From Chiloscyllium plagiosum (taxonomy: Eukaryota), in NCBI RefSeq assembly GCF_004010195.1, contig NC_057718.1, positions 18,733,978-18,753,977 on the forward strand: 20,000 nucleotides of DNA, written 5' to 3'. The translations under genes and the position numbers were made by a program. Numbering within the stretch: position 1 is the first letter of the stretch; every line of letters begins with the position of its first letter. Shown here one piece after another: positions 19,755 through 20,000 of the stretch. The notes beneath the pieces were generated by a model, which saw nothing but the letters and a program-made list of their open reading frames with translations, did not search any database and was not told where the DNA came from.

Positions 19755-20000
19755 CCCAATCTAGTCCCACCTGCCAGCACCCAGCCCATATCCCTCCAAA
19801 CCCTTCCTATTCATATACCCATCCATATGTCTCTTAAATGTTGCAATTGAACCAGCCTCCACCACTTCCTCTGGCAGCTCATTCCATACATGTACCACCC
19901 TCTGTGTGAAAAAGTTGCCCCTTAGGTCTCTCTTATATCTTTCCCCTCTCACCCTAAACCTATGCACTCTAGTTCTGGACTCCCCAACCCCAGGGAAAAT
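19680..20000 (-). mobile_element. Young CR1 LINE 3' end (HER1-like), runs off the window
   Basis: ORF2 C-terminus RGNFFTQRVVHVWNELPEEVVEAGSIATFKRHMD and tail gaagggtctgtttccatgctgtacatctctatggctctatg. The tail is also duplicated at 19486-19560. Confidence 0.92.

Noticed and set aside
19453..19850. Two ORFs with identical N-termini as duplicated genes
   Set aside because: A by-product of the tandem duplication, antisense to the CR1 tail.

Overview
Repeat-rich, AT-rich eukaryotic DNA, intergenic or intronic. The mix of CR1, L2, tRNA-SINE and Penelope families resembles cartilaginous fish (shark) genomes; this assignment is an inference. No intact host gene is evident. Main contents: (i) a decayed endogenous retrovirus on the minus strand (~700-3790) with gag, RNase H, integrase and the 5' part of a gamma-type env (signal peptide plus CWLC), where protease and RT are deleted and no LTR is visible; (ii) at least seven Penelope-like (PLE) insertions carrying minimal hammerhead motifs or their remnants, six with readable 14-18 bp target-site duplications (TSDs), several built as palindromes or inversions, and one GIY-YIG-coding copy nested inside another; (iii) several CR1, L2 and SINE fragments; (iv) an apparently perfect 194-bp tandem duplication across a CR1 3' junction. 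Family names come from recalled consensus motifs, not from database searches.
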